This document shows positions 46,323 through 56,602 of a DNA stretch of 64,000 nt, one piece after another. Both the position numbers and the translations under genes were made by a program. The notes under the pieces are model-generated. The model saw nothing but the letters and a program-made list of their open reading frames with translations. It was not told the DNA's origin and did no database searches. Position 1 is the stretch's first letter; each line of letters starts with the position of its first letter. The stretch is taken from positions 1 to 64,000 of the IMG/VR virus record IMGVR_UViG_3300042691_037870. The stretch is one strand, 5' to 3'. The stretch comes from a virus.

Positions 46323-49300
46323 TATGAATAGATTCGTTTAATAGTTGCTTTATCATAAGTTACTTGTTTAACATCTTTAATAGCAGTAGGTAATCCTGTT
46401 TCATAAAGTTGTACTAACGAGTCTTTCTGATATGTAGCTGATACTTGAATATCAAATGAGAATACTTGTTTATCCATTTGATATAAGTCAATACCTAATT
46501 GTCTAACATAAGTTAAATTTTTAGGTGGTACTGTAATTGCTGGGTTATACCCACCTAAAATACCATCGCCACCCGCTGTAGACGAAGAAGATATTGAAGG
46601 ACCATAATAATCTGTCATTCTGTATTGGAATATCACAGGTATTACAATTGCATTATTTAAACCAGGTTCAAGCTGACGATTTGCTCTTGCGTCTACTCCG
46701 TTTACAAGTAACTGATTATATGTTACAGGTCCTAAAAATAAGTAAGCACCACAGGTATCAGATCCTATTAAATATCTATCATTGTCTATAAATCCATACT
46801 TGTCAGGTAAATCTGTTATTGCAGGAACGTATGTAGAAGTTGTCCCACCTGTTATACCAGGCCAGTTATTTTTATACTCTAATTGTTTAGCAGGTATGTT
46901 TCTATCACCAAGAGCATTAAATCCATAAGAATGCCTAAAAGCACTTACTGCTTCTGGAGATTGCGGATTTCCTGTTACAAAATCTATTGATATAGTTGGA
47001 GTTTGTAAACTTGTAAATGTTGCAGTTGCACCATTCGTAGGTATGTTAATTACCGGATGGTCAGTATGTATACAAAATGCATTAGCTGTACCACCACCAG
47101 CAGGTGCAATACCTGGAGAAACTGTTGTCTTATCCCAAATCCACGGTTGTGTTACACCTAAGCCTGTACCTGTACTTGGTAGAATTGCTCTACTTGATGC
47201 AGTTATGCCTTGATAAAGATTATTAACTAACCCAATATCTGTGTATCGATTATATAAGAACTGCCCTTTTAATTGACCACTTTGATAAAATGCTGATGCT
47301 ATTTTGTTTGCATTATTTGTATCAGCAGGATTCACAGAAGGATTAACAATAGGTGTTATATCATATTTTCTATAATTATTATAGTCAGGATCATTAATAC
47401 CTGGAGGAACTGTTCCTGTTCCACTTACAGGTAAATTTTCAGCAATACCGCCTGGGATTCTTGAAATAAGTTGAAGTGGTGAAGCTTCTTCATTTTCAAG
47501 ATATATCTTATAAGATTTTGAAATAATAGCACCTCTACGATTTGCCGCAGGAAGTAAATTAACTGCATCAGTATAATAACCGGCAAACAATGTAACAACA
47601 TCACCTGCTTTAACAGGAAGTTTGGCGTTTTTATCTTCATCAACAAGATAAACTTTAACATCGCCTACAACTTTATTCAGACGGTTTTCAAGATCTTGAA
47701 TTCTTAGTGTTAATGATTTTATGTAATCTTCTAATGAAATTACAGTTCCTTGAGCTGTATAAAAATTTGAAGAGATTACTGATGTATCGTGTGCATAGTA
47801 TTTTTCAATAGCATTAAAGGAAGAAGCAAGGTGAACATCTAATCCTTTAGCAGCTAAATCATTTTCAAGATCCACTCTTACAGCATCTTGTGATGCTTCT
47901 TTAAGAGCAATAGTTGCTTCATCTTCAACCACAAGATCGTTTGGAAATGTAATAGCAATTAAGTTTGAAGGTATTGAAAGCATTGGGTTATCAGGCCACC
48001 CAGCTTCAGAAACTGAAACAACATAAAACTCAACTTTTTCACCATTAGATATTGGAATGTCTACTTGATTAATGTTTACCGCATCAGGATCTTCAATGTT
48101 TTCAGTTAACCAAAAATACTTACCTGATACAGGGTCATATTCTTTTTTACGAATATCTGATTTGATTTCATTTAAGTTACTGTAAGTAGCTCTCTTAATG
48201 GCTCCGCTTGTATCTGTATAATCATATTGCTTAACATCCGATGCACTACCATCAGGTCTTACATAACGATAATATGTGTAAAATTGTATTACACTTTGTT
48301 CCCTACCTGTAGTATCTTTTACTGGGTCAGGAATAGCAAAGAATCCTCGTATACGATATTTAGGCGTATCAAGTGCAGCAGGTTTTTGTTGCGCTGTTAC
48401 TGCTAACTCTTTCACGATTGAAGCGTATAATGCTGTCTTTGTATCTTTTTCACGAATAAGGATGTCTAATTGATTTTTTACAGCTCGACGTTCTGTATCA
48501 GAATTAAATTTGGTTGTGTTTAATTCGTCTTTCTTTTTATCAATTGACTTTTGTAGTTCTGTGATTTCGGATTGTAACTTAACTTTATCCGATTGCTTTT
48601 TACGTATAGCTTCAATTTCAGCCTGGTTTAATTTGTGATCGTTAATTGAAACTACTTTAAAGTTAGCTTCATTTAAAACCGGCGCATTAGGTACTAAACC
48701 GTCAACTGCGGATATTTTGTTTTCTTTGGCACTTGCCATTAACATACTACCAAAATCAAGAACTGACTCTTTATAGAAATCGTTAAGGGTTTTGGTTCCG
48801 CTTGTTAAATCAATTGTTAAGTCATTTGTGTAAAAGGCAATACCTGGAGAATATTTGGAAGAAAGTAAATTTGCTTCATCATTTACACTCTTAAAGAAAA
48901 GAACTTCATATTCATCATAACCAATACCTACATTTGCAACTTTAGGTGAATACGTTTCAGAATAAAAAGCTACAGGTTCACCTATTACAAAAGGATCATA
49001 CCCTGATGTTCTTTTTACTCTTATAAAATTTGTAGCATTATCAATTTCAGAAATTTCATATATTGATTCACCTTTTAAAAGTTTATCACCAGGTTTTAAA
49101 ACCATCGTTTCTTTTGATAATGACAAGTTATCATTATACTTTAAGGTATTAAATAAATACCATCTTTTAGTACTTGTACTTCCGTCAGGATTTGAAAAAG
49201 TTCTATCTTCAATATTAACTACAACGAAATCACCTGTGTATCTTACAACTGAAAGAGGTAAGTCAACTACGCCTTCATCAAGAAAATATGTAATGTTTCT

Positions 49301-49867
49301 TTTTTGTAGTTCAATTAAGAATTGAACATAATCAATATCATTTTTTCCTCTAACTGAATCATTAAAGTAGGCAAGTTTATCAGGAGTATCAAGAGTAAGA
49401 ATCATTCTTTTAACAAAGATTTTTGATTCTTGCTGTGGTACATATTTAGAAACATCAACGCTAACTTTAAGAGCAGGTGAAAGCAAACTCTCAAAGAACC
49501 AATTGTTTTCAGCTATAAATTTTGCAGGAACTGTTACTTGACCTACTGGTGATGGGTCTGTTACTGTTTTTGCTTGGTAAATCTTCTTTAAAGATCCATC
49601 AGGCATACGAATATAGGCATCTGAACCATCAAACCCAAGCATCGTACTAACTGTTTTGTCAATTCTTTCAACACTTGACTTTAACCACCCAAAAGATGGT
49701 AATGTAAATGTAGATGTTGTTCCATCTGCATTCGTTTGTGTAACAGTAATAGTATCAGCATTAGTAGTTACAGCTTGTGAAACTTTTTGTAACTGCTCAA
49801 GTGAATTATTCTGCAATCTTATAAAATCTGCAAGTATAGTTGCAAAACTGTTTGATGTGTTTGCCAT
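46322..49867 (-). CDS. Large virion structural protein with coiled-coil segments
   Basis: 1181 aa; coiled coil KVKLQSEITELQKSIDKKKDEL; translationally coupled to the downstream gene. Confidence 0.6.
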   Translation of the reverse strand: MANTSNSFATILADFIRLQNNSLEQLQKVSQAVTTNADTITVTQTNADGTTSTFTLPSFGWLKSSVERIDKTVSTMLGFDGSDAYIRMPDGSLKKIYQAKTVTDPSPVGQVTVPAKFIAENNWFFESLLSPALKVSVDVSKYVPQQESKIFVKRMILTLDTPDKLAYFNDSVRGKNDIDYVQFLIELQKRNITYFLDEGVVDLPLSVVRYTGDFVVVNIEDRTFSNPDGSTSTKRWYLFNTLKYNDNLSLSKETMVLKPGDKLLKGESIYEISEIDNATNFIRVKRTSGYDPFVIGEPVAFYSETYSPKVANVGIGYDEYEVLFFKSVNDEANLLSSKYSPGIAFYTNDLTIDLTSGTKTLNDFYKESVLDFGSMLMASAKENKISAVDGLVPNAPVLNEANFKVVSINDHKLNQAEIEAIRKKQSDKVKLQSEITELQKSIDKKKDELNTTKFNSDTERRAVKNQLDILIREKDTKTALYASIVKELAVTAQQKPAALDTPKYRIRGFFAIPDPVKDTTGREQSVIQFYTYYRYVRPDGSASDVKQYDYTDTSGAIKRATYSNLNEIKSDIRKKEYDPVSGKYFWLTENIEDPDAVNINQVDIPISNGEKVEFYVVSVSEAGWPDNPMLSIPSNLIAITFPNDLVVEDEATIALKEASQDAVRVDLENDLAAKGLDVHLASSFNAIEKYYAHDTSVISSNFYTAQGTVISLEDYIKSLTLRIQDLENRLNKVVGDVKVYLVDEDKNAKLPVKAGDVVTLFAGYYTDAVNLLPAANRRGAIISKSYKIYLENEEASPLQLISRIPGGIAENLPVSGTGTVPPGINDPDYNNYRKYDITPIVNPSVNPADTNNANKIASAFYQSGQLKGQFLYNRYTDIGLVNNLYQGITASSRAILPSTGTGLGVTQPWIWDKTTVSPGIAPAGGGTANAFCIHTDHPVINIPTNGATATFTSLQTPTISIDFVTGNPQSPEAVSAFRHSYGFNALGDRNIPAKQLEYKNNWPGITGGTTSTYVPAITDLPDKYGFIDNDRYLIGSDTCGAYLFLGPVTYNQLLVNGVDARANRQLEPGLNNAIVIPVIFQYRMTDYYGPSISSSSTAGGDGILGGYNPAITVPPKNLTYVRQLGIDLYQMDKQVFSFDIQVSATYQKDSLVQLYETGLPTAIKDVKQVTYDKATIKRIYS

Positions 49868-49886
49868 TTAAGTTTGTAATTAGTTT

Positions 49887-52040
49887 TTAGTAAATGTCAA
49901 CCGCAAATTGAAATGTTGCTGGGTCAATACAGATAACTTCAATTATTGGTGAATTTCCTTTATTTTCAAAATCAAGATATGTTACATAGGCAGCTTCTGC
50001 TGAATATGGGAATCCTGTGTCAAGTTTATCATTTGCATCGGTATAAACGATAAAGTTAAAGTTACCGCTTGTGTTTGATAAATCTAATCCATATTTGAAT
50101 GAAAATCTCATTGTTTGTCCAGCCTCCCAAGGTAAATCAGCATCATTAATATAAATGATTACATCACGATCTGGTGCATACATTGTACTTGCTGTCCCAT
50201 CAGTTAATTTTAGGTAATTTGTAAAGTTAACCAATTTATGTATGTAAGAAAAACTTGAAGGATTAACAGAAAAATCATTTGCGATTGACACAATTGGTTT
50301 TGTTCCTACATTTATCATTTGATTTGTATTAACAACACGAACAGAACCTGCTTGTGATTTATCTAAAAAGATACCACGCCCACTTGTTAGCAAGTCAATA
50401 TTATATGACATCTGAACACTTGTGAAGTTCTTATAGATATTTGTTATCTCATCATAGTTTCTTTGAATTAAACTTAATAAGTTTGCATTATTTGCAAAAA
50501 CTCCTTGATTTTCTGTAATTAAAGTTTGAACATTTTGTATCTGTTCATTAATTTCAGAAATACCTGAAGATGTTAATACTAATGATCTTAAGTTTGCAAC
50601 TTCAGTTGTAAGGTTTGCAAGAATTGCATTATTCTGTAGCATTATATCATAAGAATCTGTCATCTTATTTAATGCGTCCATGTATAACTCTAATGAATAT
50701 GGGTTATAATCATTTACTGAAGTTTCAATCGCAACATCTTGTGAATTGACATCAAACTTAACATTAATTCTAAATGCATATGAATTACCGTTATCTCCTG
50801 TAAAAGAATTAGGTTTATACTTGGTTAATCTTGGAATATATCCTCCACCAGTTGCAAGAATATCTACATTATCCAAGAATAAAACACCGAACAAGTTAGT
50901 GGCACTTACAGCTCCAGATGCCGGATCATATAAGTCATAATAAACAAGTACAGCATTAAAATCAAAAGTTTGTGCAGCTGGCGTTTCATTAAATGTTCCA
51001 AAATCAGTTGAAGCACCCGTTGAACTAATACCTGCATATACAGCAGGATCAAATTCCATTGTAATACCATCGAGTCTTGAACGTGTAAAAGCTACTTCTT
51101 TATTTACACTTTCAATTTTAAACTTATCATTAGTTACATCTAAGAAAGAACTTGGTTCAGTGAAATATGTATTGGCAATAGGATTAGAATACCACCACTG
51201 AAATCCTGGAGTAGTTGAACTATAATAAGTACCTGTTGTTGGGTCTTGGTAATAAAAAGTACCCGGAGCACCAAATGGGTCATTTACACCGTAAGTACTT
51301 GTGTCACTATCAAAAAATGCTTCAATACTTAATCCTGCAGGTTGAACGGTTGCTCCGTTTCTACCGTATATGTATTCATTATTTAAAGGATCTGTTGGTG
51401 TATTTGTAATTACTTGACCCGGAAAATAGTTTGCATCAGATACTGACTTAAATAAAACTGTTGGCGTATTACCGTGAGAAGTAGGGATATAAACATAAAC
51501 TTCTGAAAACGCATTTGCATTATTCTTGATGTTATTTAAAATGTTAATATCACCAATGTAACGAATTACTCTTGAGTATGTTGTTGATTCATCTTCCTCT
51601 ACATAATGAGTACCATATAAAGATGCTGATTGCTCTGTTCCTACAACTGCTTCACGAAAACGAATTGCACCCATTTCCTTTAACCACTTAAAGAAAACTC
51701 TTTCACTAACAGTAGTATCCACATTTGCATCATAATCTTCTGATGAAGATATCATTGTCTCTAAGTTAAGACAATAATTTTGAAATGATTCCGCTAAGTA
51801 ATCATTAAGTGTTTTTGATCCGTCAATTGAAGCAAAAGCTCCAGGTGAATTTGAAAAGTTAATTAGGTTTTCTCCTAACGCAGGGTTACCTATATCAGGT
51901 ATGTTAAGTAAAGAAAATTTTGAAAATCTAAACTTCTTTTGAGAATCATTAAAGGAAAGACCTAAGTCCTCAGAGGCAGATGAGAACGTATAAAAAGTTC
52001 CACCTTGTACTCGGATAGGTTTAATTAATGGTGCTACCAT
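49887..52040 (-). CDS. Virion structural protein
   Basis: 717 aa; GGTFYTFSSA, SERVFFKWLKEMGAIRF, FDFNAVLVYY; coiled coil near the C-terminus. Confidence 0.6.
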   Translation of the reverse strand: MVAPLIKPIRVQGGTFYTFSSASEDLGLSFNDSQKKFRFSKFSLLNIPDIGNPALGENLINFSNSPGAFASIDGSKTLNDYLAESFQNYCLNLETMISSSEDYDANVDTTVSERVFFKWLKEMGAIRFREAVVGTEQSASLYGTHYVEEDESTTYSRVIRYIGDINILNNIKNNANAFSEVYVYIPTSHGNTPTVLFKSVSDANYFPGQVITNTPTDPLNNEYIYGRNGATVQPAGLSIEAFFDSDTSTYGVNDPFGAPGTFYYQDPTTGTYYSSTTPGFQWWYSNPIANTYFTEPSSFLDVTNDKFKIESVNKEVAFTRSRLDGITMEFDPAVYAGISSTGASTDFGTFNETPAAQTFDFNAVLVYYDLYDPASGAVSATNLFGVLFLDNVDILATGGGYIPRLTKYKPNSFTGDNGNSYAFRINVKFDVNSQDVAIETSVNDYNPYSLELYMDALNKMTDSYDIMLQNNAILANLTTEVANLRSLVLTSSGISEINEQIQNVQTLITENQGVFANNANLLSLIQRNYDEITNIYKNFTSVQMSYNIDLLTSGRGIFLDKSQAGSVRVVNTNQMINVGTKPIVSIANDFSVNPSSFSYIHKLVNFTNYLKLTDGTASTMYAPDRDVIIYINDADLPWEAGQTMRFSFKYGLDLSNTSGNFNFIVYTDANDKLDTGFPYSAEAAYVTYLDFENKGNSPIIEVICIDPATFQFAVDIY

Positions 52041-52057
52041 TTATAGATTTGATATTT

Positions 52058-52903
52058 TTATGCTATCGTAACAGTAGCTCCTACTGCGTGTAATACTCTC
52101 CAACCATTTGTATCTGCTACAAAAGTAATTACAGCTTGTCTTAGACGTGCATCGTCAGCAGGAACACCAGGATCTGTATTAAAAGTAATTGATGAATATG
52201 AGCTGTCTAAATTAGTAACATCAATTGATAAATCAATACCTGTAGTTCCACTTGGTGCAGGGTTATCTACCATTACAGTAAGAATTTGACCTTGTGTTAC
52301 ATTAGGATCCGTCACAGCTGGTAAAATAATACTATCACAATTAAAGGTAGTTGCTCCAGTATAGTTACTCCAATTTAAACGAATTACACTTGTTTTAGGA
52401 AATGTTGATGTGGTTACAATATTTCTCGTAGTACTTGTGGTAGTAGGAGTTGTTAACGTTTGCGGATCAATTACTAATGAGTTTGATGTAGCTGAGGCAT
52501 AAAATTGAGGACTACTAAATGCAGCGTTTACATCAAATGGTATCGATGCTGTTACTTTATTTCCTACAGCATTTGTTCCATCAAGAACAAGATTACCATG
52601 AATTGTATGATGTCTTCCTGTTACAGCATCACGTGTAACACCTAAATCTTGAGATACATTTAAGTTACCTCCAAATAAACCTGTAGCTTCACAAGTAAAT
52701 ATTTGATCAGTGATAGGTCTTGTGTATTTTTTAACAAGAGCACTACCTACATTAAGTGCTGCACCAGGTACAAATGAAGTATCTAAATAATTTTCAATTG
52801 TATTAATAGCATCAGCGACTTTCTTAAAGTTTTCGTTAATCGTAATTCTTGAACCTGCGACATTATCGCTGCCAAGCATTTCCGTAATTGTAATTGTTGC
52901 CAT
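52058..52903 (-). CDS. Fibre-like structural protein
   Basis: SRITINENF anchor motif, T/S-rich, C-terminal ITFVADTNGWRVL. Confidence 0.55.
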   Translation of the reverse strand: MATITITEMLGSDNVAGSRITINENFKKVADAINTIENYLDTSFVPGAALNVGSALVKKYTRPITDQIFTCEATGLFGGNLNVSQDLGVTRDAVTGRHHTIHGNLVLDGTNAVGNKVTASIPFDVNAAFSSPQFYASATSNSLVIDPQTLTTPTTTSTTRNIVTTSTFPKTSVIRLNWSNYTGATTFNCDSIILPAVTDPNVTQGQILTVMVDNPAPSGTTGIDLSIDVTNLDSSYSSITFNTDPGVPADDARLRQAVITFVADTNGWRVLHAVGATVTIA

Positions 52904-52934
52904 GTAAAATGATATTTTTTCTAATCCTTTTTTC

Positions 52935-52942
52935 TATATATC
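52935..52942 (-). promoter_or_regulatory. Candidate late-promoter element GATATATA
   Basis: GATATATAGAAAAAA at the junction between fpg and the structural genes; identical 15-mer to 20757-20743 apart from downstream context. Confidence 0.45.
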
Positions 52943-52947
52943 ATAGG

Positions 52948-53793
52948 TTATTTTTCTAAGTACTCCTTTGGAACATATTCTTCCCAAATAGGATCGTACC
53001 AAAAACGCCTACCAGAATTGTCAACTACAGAAGATTTAATTCCGTAACATTTCATCCATTCTTTAAAAGATTTTGCATCTGTCTTATTAGGATTTTCCCA
53101 GTCTTTTAATTGACCACCACCTAATTCATATGCATCAGAAGTACAAGAATAACATAGACTAATCAATTCATCAACTTTATTAGATGGGATTTCATTTGCT
53201 GGAGTAAAAGGATTAATATCAAGACGCCAAAGAATTTCAGCCCTTAAATAATTACCAATACCATTAAAGTATCTTTGGTCCATTAAGAGTTCATTAATTC
53301 TTGACTTAAAATGTTTATGTGTATACCATTTAGTTTTTAAGAATTCTTGAAATTCATTGTATTCTGTTAATGGGCAAGGGCCTCTACCTGGTGTCCAATC
53401 TTCACCCCATTTCCATTTAGCAAATCTTCTTACATCATGCAAAACAAGATAGTTACCACGAGTGGTAATAAATCTTAAATGAGCGTGTTTCAGTACTTCT
53501 TGTAAATGTTCACTGTCTTTTCTTAAATAAACCCAGTTTCCACTCATACCCATTGAGAGAAATAAATTTTTTGTAACTGCTCCGTTTAAATCACCTCCAA
53601 TTAATTCCATGTGGAGACGCATTTCTTTACCTCGGGTTTTTGCATACATCGTAAAGACTCCACCTTCAAAAGCATTAAGATCTGTTTTTACTTTTGATAC
53701 TGGTGATTTTTCTATTCTTTCAATATAAGGATCTTGTTGAACTATATGATTCACAAAATCTCCCATTATTTTTACTTCTGCTAATTCTGGCAT
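52948..53793 (-). CDS. Fpg/Nei-family DNA glycosylase/AP lyase
   Basis: N-terminal PELAEV, RGKE, MGMSG, DVRRFA, LLMDQRYFNGIGNYLRAEIL (H2TH); zincless finger-like C-terminus. Confidence 0.92.
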   Translation of the reverse strand: MPELAEVKIMGDFVNHIVQQDPYIERIEKSPVSKVKTDLNAFEGGVFTMYAKTRGKEMRLHMELIGGDLNGAVTKNLFLSMGMSGNWVYLRKDSEHLQEVLKHAHLRFITTRGNYLVLHDVRRFAKWKWGEDWTPGRGPCPLTEYNEFQEFLKTKWYTHKHFKSRINELLMDQRYFNGIGNYLRAEILWRLDINPFTPANEIPSNKVDELISLCYSCTSDAYELGGGQLKDWENPNKTDAKSFKEWMKCYGIKSSVVDNSGRRFWYDPIWEEYVPKEYLEK

Positions 53794-54104
53794 ATTTTTT
53801 GTCTTAAGATATAAACTTCGTCTAACTTATAAAAATTTCTATTTTCTGATACAACAGAAAATTCAGCTTTTTCGGCTGAATATGTGCATCCTTTTGTAGC
53901 ATTATCAACGTCTTTCTTTGGAGTAGAAATTTTATTCTTACTTATTGTTTTTGATAAACGTTTTTCAGTTTCTTCATCAAAGATAATTTTATATGTTACA
54001 GATATGTCAGTAATTTTACTTTTGATATGACCTCCATATTTTGACTTATAGATAAATTCTTTACCTATAAGTTCCTCTTTCATTGTTTGAATAACCTTTT
54101 CCAT
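53781..54104 (-). CDS. Hypothetical protein
   Basis: 107-aa ORF tightly packed between neighbours. Confidence 0.55.
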   Translation of the reverse strand: MEKVIQTMKEELIGKEFIYKSKYGGHIKSKITDISVTYKIIFDEETEKRLSKTISKNKISTPKKDVDNATKGCTYSAEKAEFSVVSENRNFYKLDEVYILRQKICQN

Positions 54105-54105
54105 A

Positions 54106-54810
54106 TTAGATTAATTGTGTGCCAAGACTTGGCTTATAATAAATGTGATGTACTTTTTCTATCATGCGAATCATACCAATAACATCTTTTTCACAGTACT
54201 TAATGATTCCGCTTTCATTGTGGTTTGCCCAAAATTCTTCATGTACCTGAGATCCATTCATTTCATCTTTGGGCGATGGTAATCCTAAAGAATACATTGC
54301 TTCTTCAAATGTAACATCGAGATTTGAAAAAGATTTCCACCATTCTTTTAAATCAACAATATTAACTTCCCAAGGCTTCTTACCCCAAGTATTTAAACAT
54401 TCAGGTACTTGTAAACCGTATATTAAGAATTTTCGATAAACCCAAGGAATATCAAAATTCTTAATATTCCAACCGCAAGGGATTAATCCGCTTGCTGTTG
54501 CTTTATGAAAAAGATTAGCAACTTTCTTTACAAGATCAGCTTCATTCAATTCATATATAGTTGAAACTTGTAGTTCTCCATTTTTATAAATCCCATAAGA
54601 TAAGCAAGCGATTCTTCCATATTCTGGGAATAATGAGACTTGTCTTAAATATGCTTCTGAAGGATCTCCAAGATTAAGTCTTTTGCATTTGCCTTCAAAT
54701 ATTTTTGCACCATCAGGTTCTTGAGATTGAAATTCTTCAAATGTAGGATATTGACCGCATGTTTCAATATCAAAAAATAGTAGCTTTGAGAGGTAACTTT
54801 GAGTAAACAT
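54106..54810 (-). CDS. PolB-like 3'-5' exonuclease (DEDDy)
   Basis: FFDIET, GWNIKNFDIP, YCEKDV. Confidence 0.88.
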   Translation of the reverse strand: MFTQSYLSKLLFFDIETCGQYPTFEEFQSQEPDGAKIFEGKCKRLNLGDPSEAYLRQVSLFPEYGRIACLSYGIYKNGELQVSTIYELNEADLVKKVANLFHKATASGLIPCGWNIKNFDIPWVYRKFLIYGLQVPECLNTWGKKPWEVNIVDLKEWWKSFSNLDVTFEEAMYSLGLPSPKDEMNGSQVHEEFWANHNESGIIKYCEKDVIGMIRMIEKVHHIYYKPSLGTQLI

Positions 54811-54933
54811 ATAGATATTTTTTGATGATTATATACTTTATAGCGATTAAAGTTTTAAGAACTAAATTCAAATTGTGTATAAAACTAATATCTCAATTAG
54901 GGAAAGGAAAGGATAGACAAATAACTTAATATA

Positions 54934-55179
54934 ATGGAAAACATCAAACAACCAAACTTAAACTTAGACTCATTACCTTGGATTAGTTGTTCATGTGGAG
55001 GGATGATCTTTGATTCAGCTGTCATGGTCAAGAAAGTTTCAGCTTTACTCAGTCCTACTGGAAGAGAAGAAATGATACCTGCTGATATGATTATCTGCAG
55101 ATCTTGTGGTAAGATACCTGAGTTCTATGCAAATAAAGTAAAAGGAATACCTGAAGAGTTAATTGCAAAAAATTCATAA
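54934..55179 (+). CDS. Small zinc-ribbon protein
   Basis: CSCGG...ICRSCGK; KKVSALLSPTG. Confidence 0.7.
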   Translation: MENIKQPNLNLDSLPWISCSCGGMIFDSAVMVKKVSALLSPTGREEMIPADMIICRSCGKIPEFYANKVKGIPEELIAKNS

Positions 55180-55601
55180 TGAATCCTTTTATATCAGATT
55201 TTATTGATGTAAGAGATGTACCTGATATGGGATTTGGAGTTTTTACTACTCAAGATATTGATAAAGATTGTTTAATAGAAGTATCTCCTATTTTTACATA
55301 CCCACGACAAGTAATAGATACTGCTTATTACATTTTAATGGCTGAAGGGGCTCAACCTGGAGAATTTAAGTTAGATCAATATTCTCTTTTACTACCTGGT
55401 AATTATGATAAATGCGCTATCATGCTTGGATACTTAAGCATCTATAATCATAGTGATAATCCAAATGCTGAATTAACTTTTATATCAGAAAGAAAGGTTG
55501 CTGTAAAGACTACGCAACCTATTCCTGCTGATTCACAAATTTTTATAAGTTATGGCTCTGGATGGTTTGAATCCAAAAAGTCATATATTCAAAAGATTTA
55601 A
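55179..55601 (+). CDS. SET-domain protein (lysine methyltransferase-like)
   Basis: GFGVFTTQDI, YNHSDNPNA, IFISYG SET motifs. Confidence 0.88.
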   Translation: MNPFISDFIDVRDVPDMGFGVFTTQDIDKDCLIEVSPIFTYPRQVIDTAYYILMAEGAQPGEFKLDQYSLLLPGNYDKCAIMLGYLSIYNHSDNPNAELTFISERKVAVKTTQPIPADSQIFISYGSGWFESKKSYIQKI

Positions 55602-56332
55602 GAATTACTTTCAAAGATATCCTCTATCTTAATAATTAGAGGATGTCTTACAATATCTTCTCTAAGAAATTCCATTACTCCAATTTCTTCTACATTATTA
55701 AAGAATTGAATTACTTTGTCAAGTGAAGATATCTCCGACTTTTTAATGTCAATCTGCTTTGTATCACCAATTATGATCATTTTTGAATCTTCACCTAGTC
55801 TTGTCATTGTGGATCTCATATTTCTTAAAGAAATGTTTTGAGCTTCATCTACAATAATAATTGTGTTATCAATACTTCTACCACGGATATAAGCAAGTGG
55901 CATAACTTCAATTAAATCTGTTTGTTGCATAGCAACAGTTAAATCTTTACCAATGATTTTATGAAAGTTATCCATAAAGGATATCATAAAAGGTTCCATT
56001 TTTTCTTTCATGGTGCCTCTTAAGAAGCCAATTTCTTCACCTTCCAAAACATTTACAGATTTGACAATAATAATTTTATTGTATAGATGACTTTGTGTTG
56101 AGAGTAATCTTAGCGCTTCAGCAACAGCAACATAAGTTTTTCCTGTTCCTGCCGGTCCTGCGCAGATTGTTATGTCTTTTGTATTAATAAGTTTAGCAAA
56201 CTTTTTTTGGCGATCAGTTTTGCATTTAAGAATAACTTTAATCTTTGAGATAATTTTTTGTTGAGGTGTTAATTCAATCTTATTAGAATTAACTTCTTCT
56301 ACGTCTGCTTTAGTTTTCTTTCTTACTGCCAT
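55598..56332 (-). CDS. phoH: PhoH family ATPase
   Basis: GPAGTGKT, IGFLRG, YIRGRS, DEAQN, TRLG, GDTKQID, DIVRH. Confidence 0.93.
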   Translation of the reverse strand: MAVRKKTKADVEEVNSNKIELTPQQKIISKIKVILKCKTDRQKKFAKLINTKDITICAGPAGTGKTYVAVAEALRLLSTQSHLYNKIIIVKSVNVLEGEEIGFLRGTMKEKMEPFMISFMDNFHKIIGKDLTVAMQQTDLIEVMPLAYIRGRSIDNTIIIVDEAQNISLRNMRSTMTRLGEDSKMIIIGDTKQIDIKKSEISSLDKVIQFFNNVEEIGVMEFLREDIVRHPLIIKIEDIFESNS

Positions 56333-56344
56333 AATGTTGTGTTT

Positions 56345-56599
56345 TTACCAGTAGCCGCCTGGGCAGGTGCATTCTTTACACAGAACTTTTTTATCTATGT
56401 AACATCCGCAACCTGTAAAAGGTGAGCCCCAAGAATTAGTGTGTTTTTTGTTTTCATCACAGATGTTTTGAGTACGTACAGGACATTTGGAACAAATAGA
56501 CATGCGTTTTTGCCCAAGTTCTTTAATCTGTGTGTCAAGAAGATTGAGGGAATCTAAGAAACTATTAAACCAGCCTTCCGCTATATGTAATATTGACAT
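56345..56599 (-). CDS. Small Cys-rich metal-binding protein
   Basis: RMSICSKCP...C...GCGC...CPGGYW. Confidence 0.7.
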   Translation of the reverse strand: MSILHIAEGWFNSFLDSLNLLDTQIKELGQKRMSICSKCPVRTQNICDENKKHTNSWGSPFTGCGCYIDKKVLCKECTCPGGYW

Positions 56600-56602
56600 A
56601 TG

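Noticed and set aside
9792-55601. Eukaryotic giant-virus origin suggested by DUF5824-like, SET, collagen and LRR genes
   Set aside because: T4-like gp32, gp61, UvsW and tail-type genes, overlapping operon-style packing and a bacterial lipoprotein indicate a bacteriophage.
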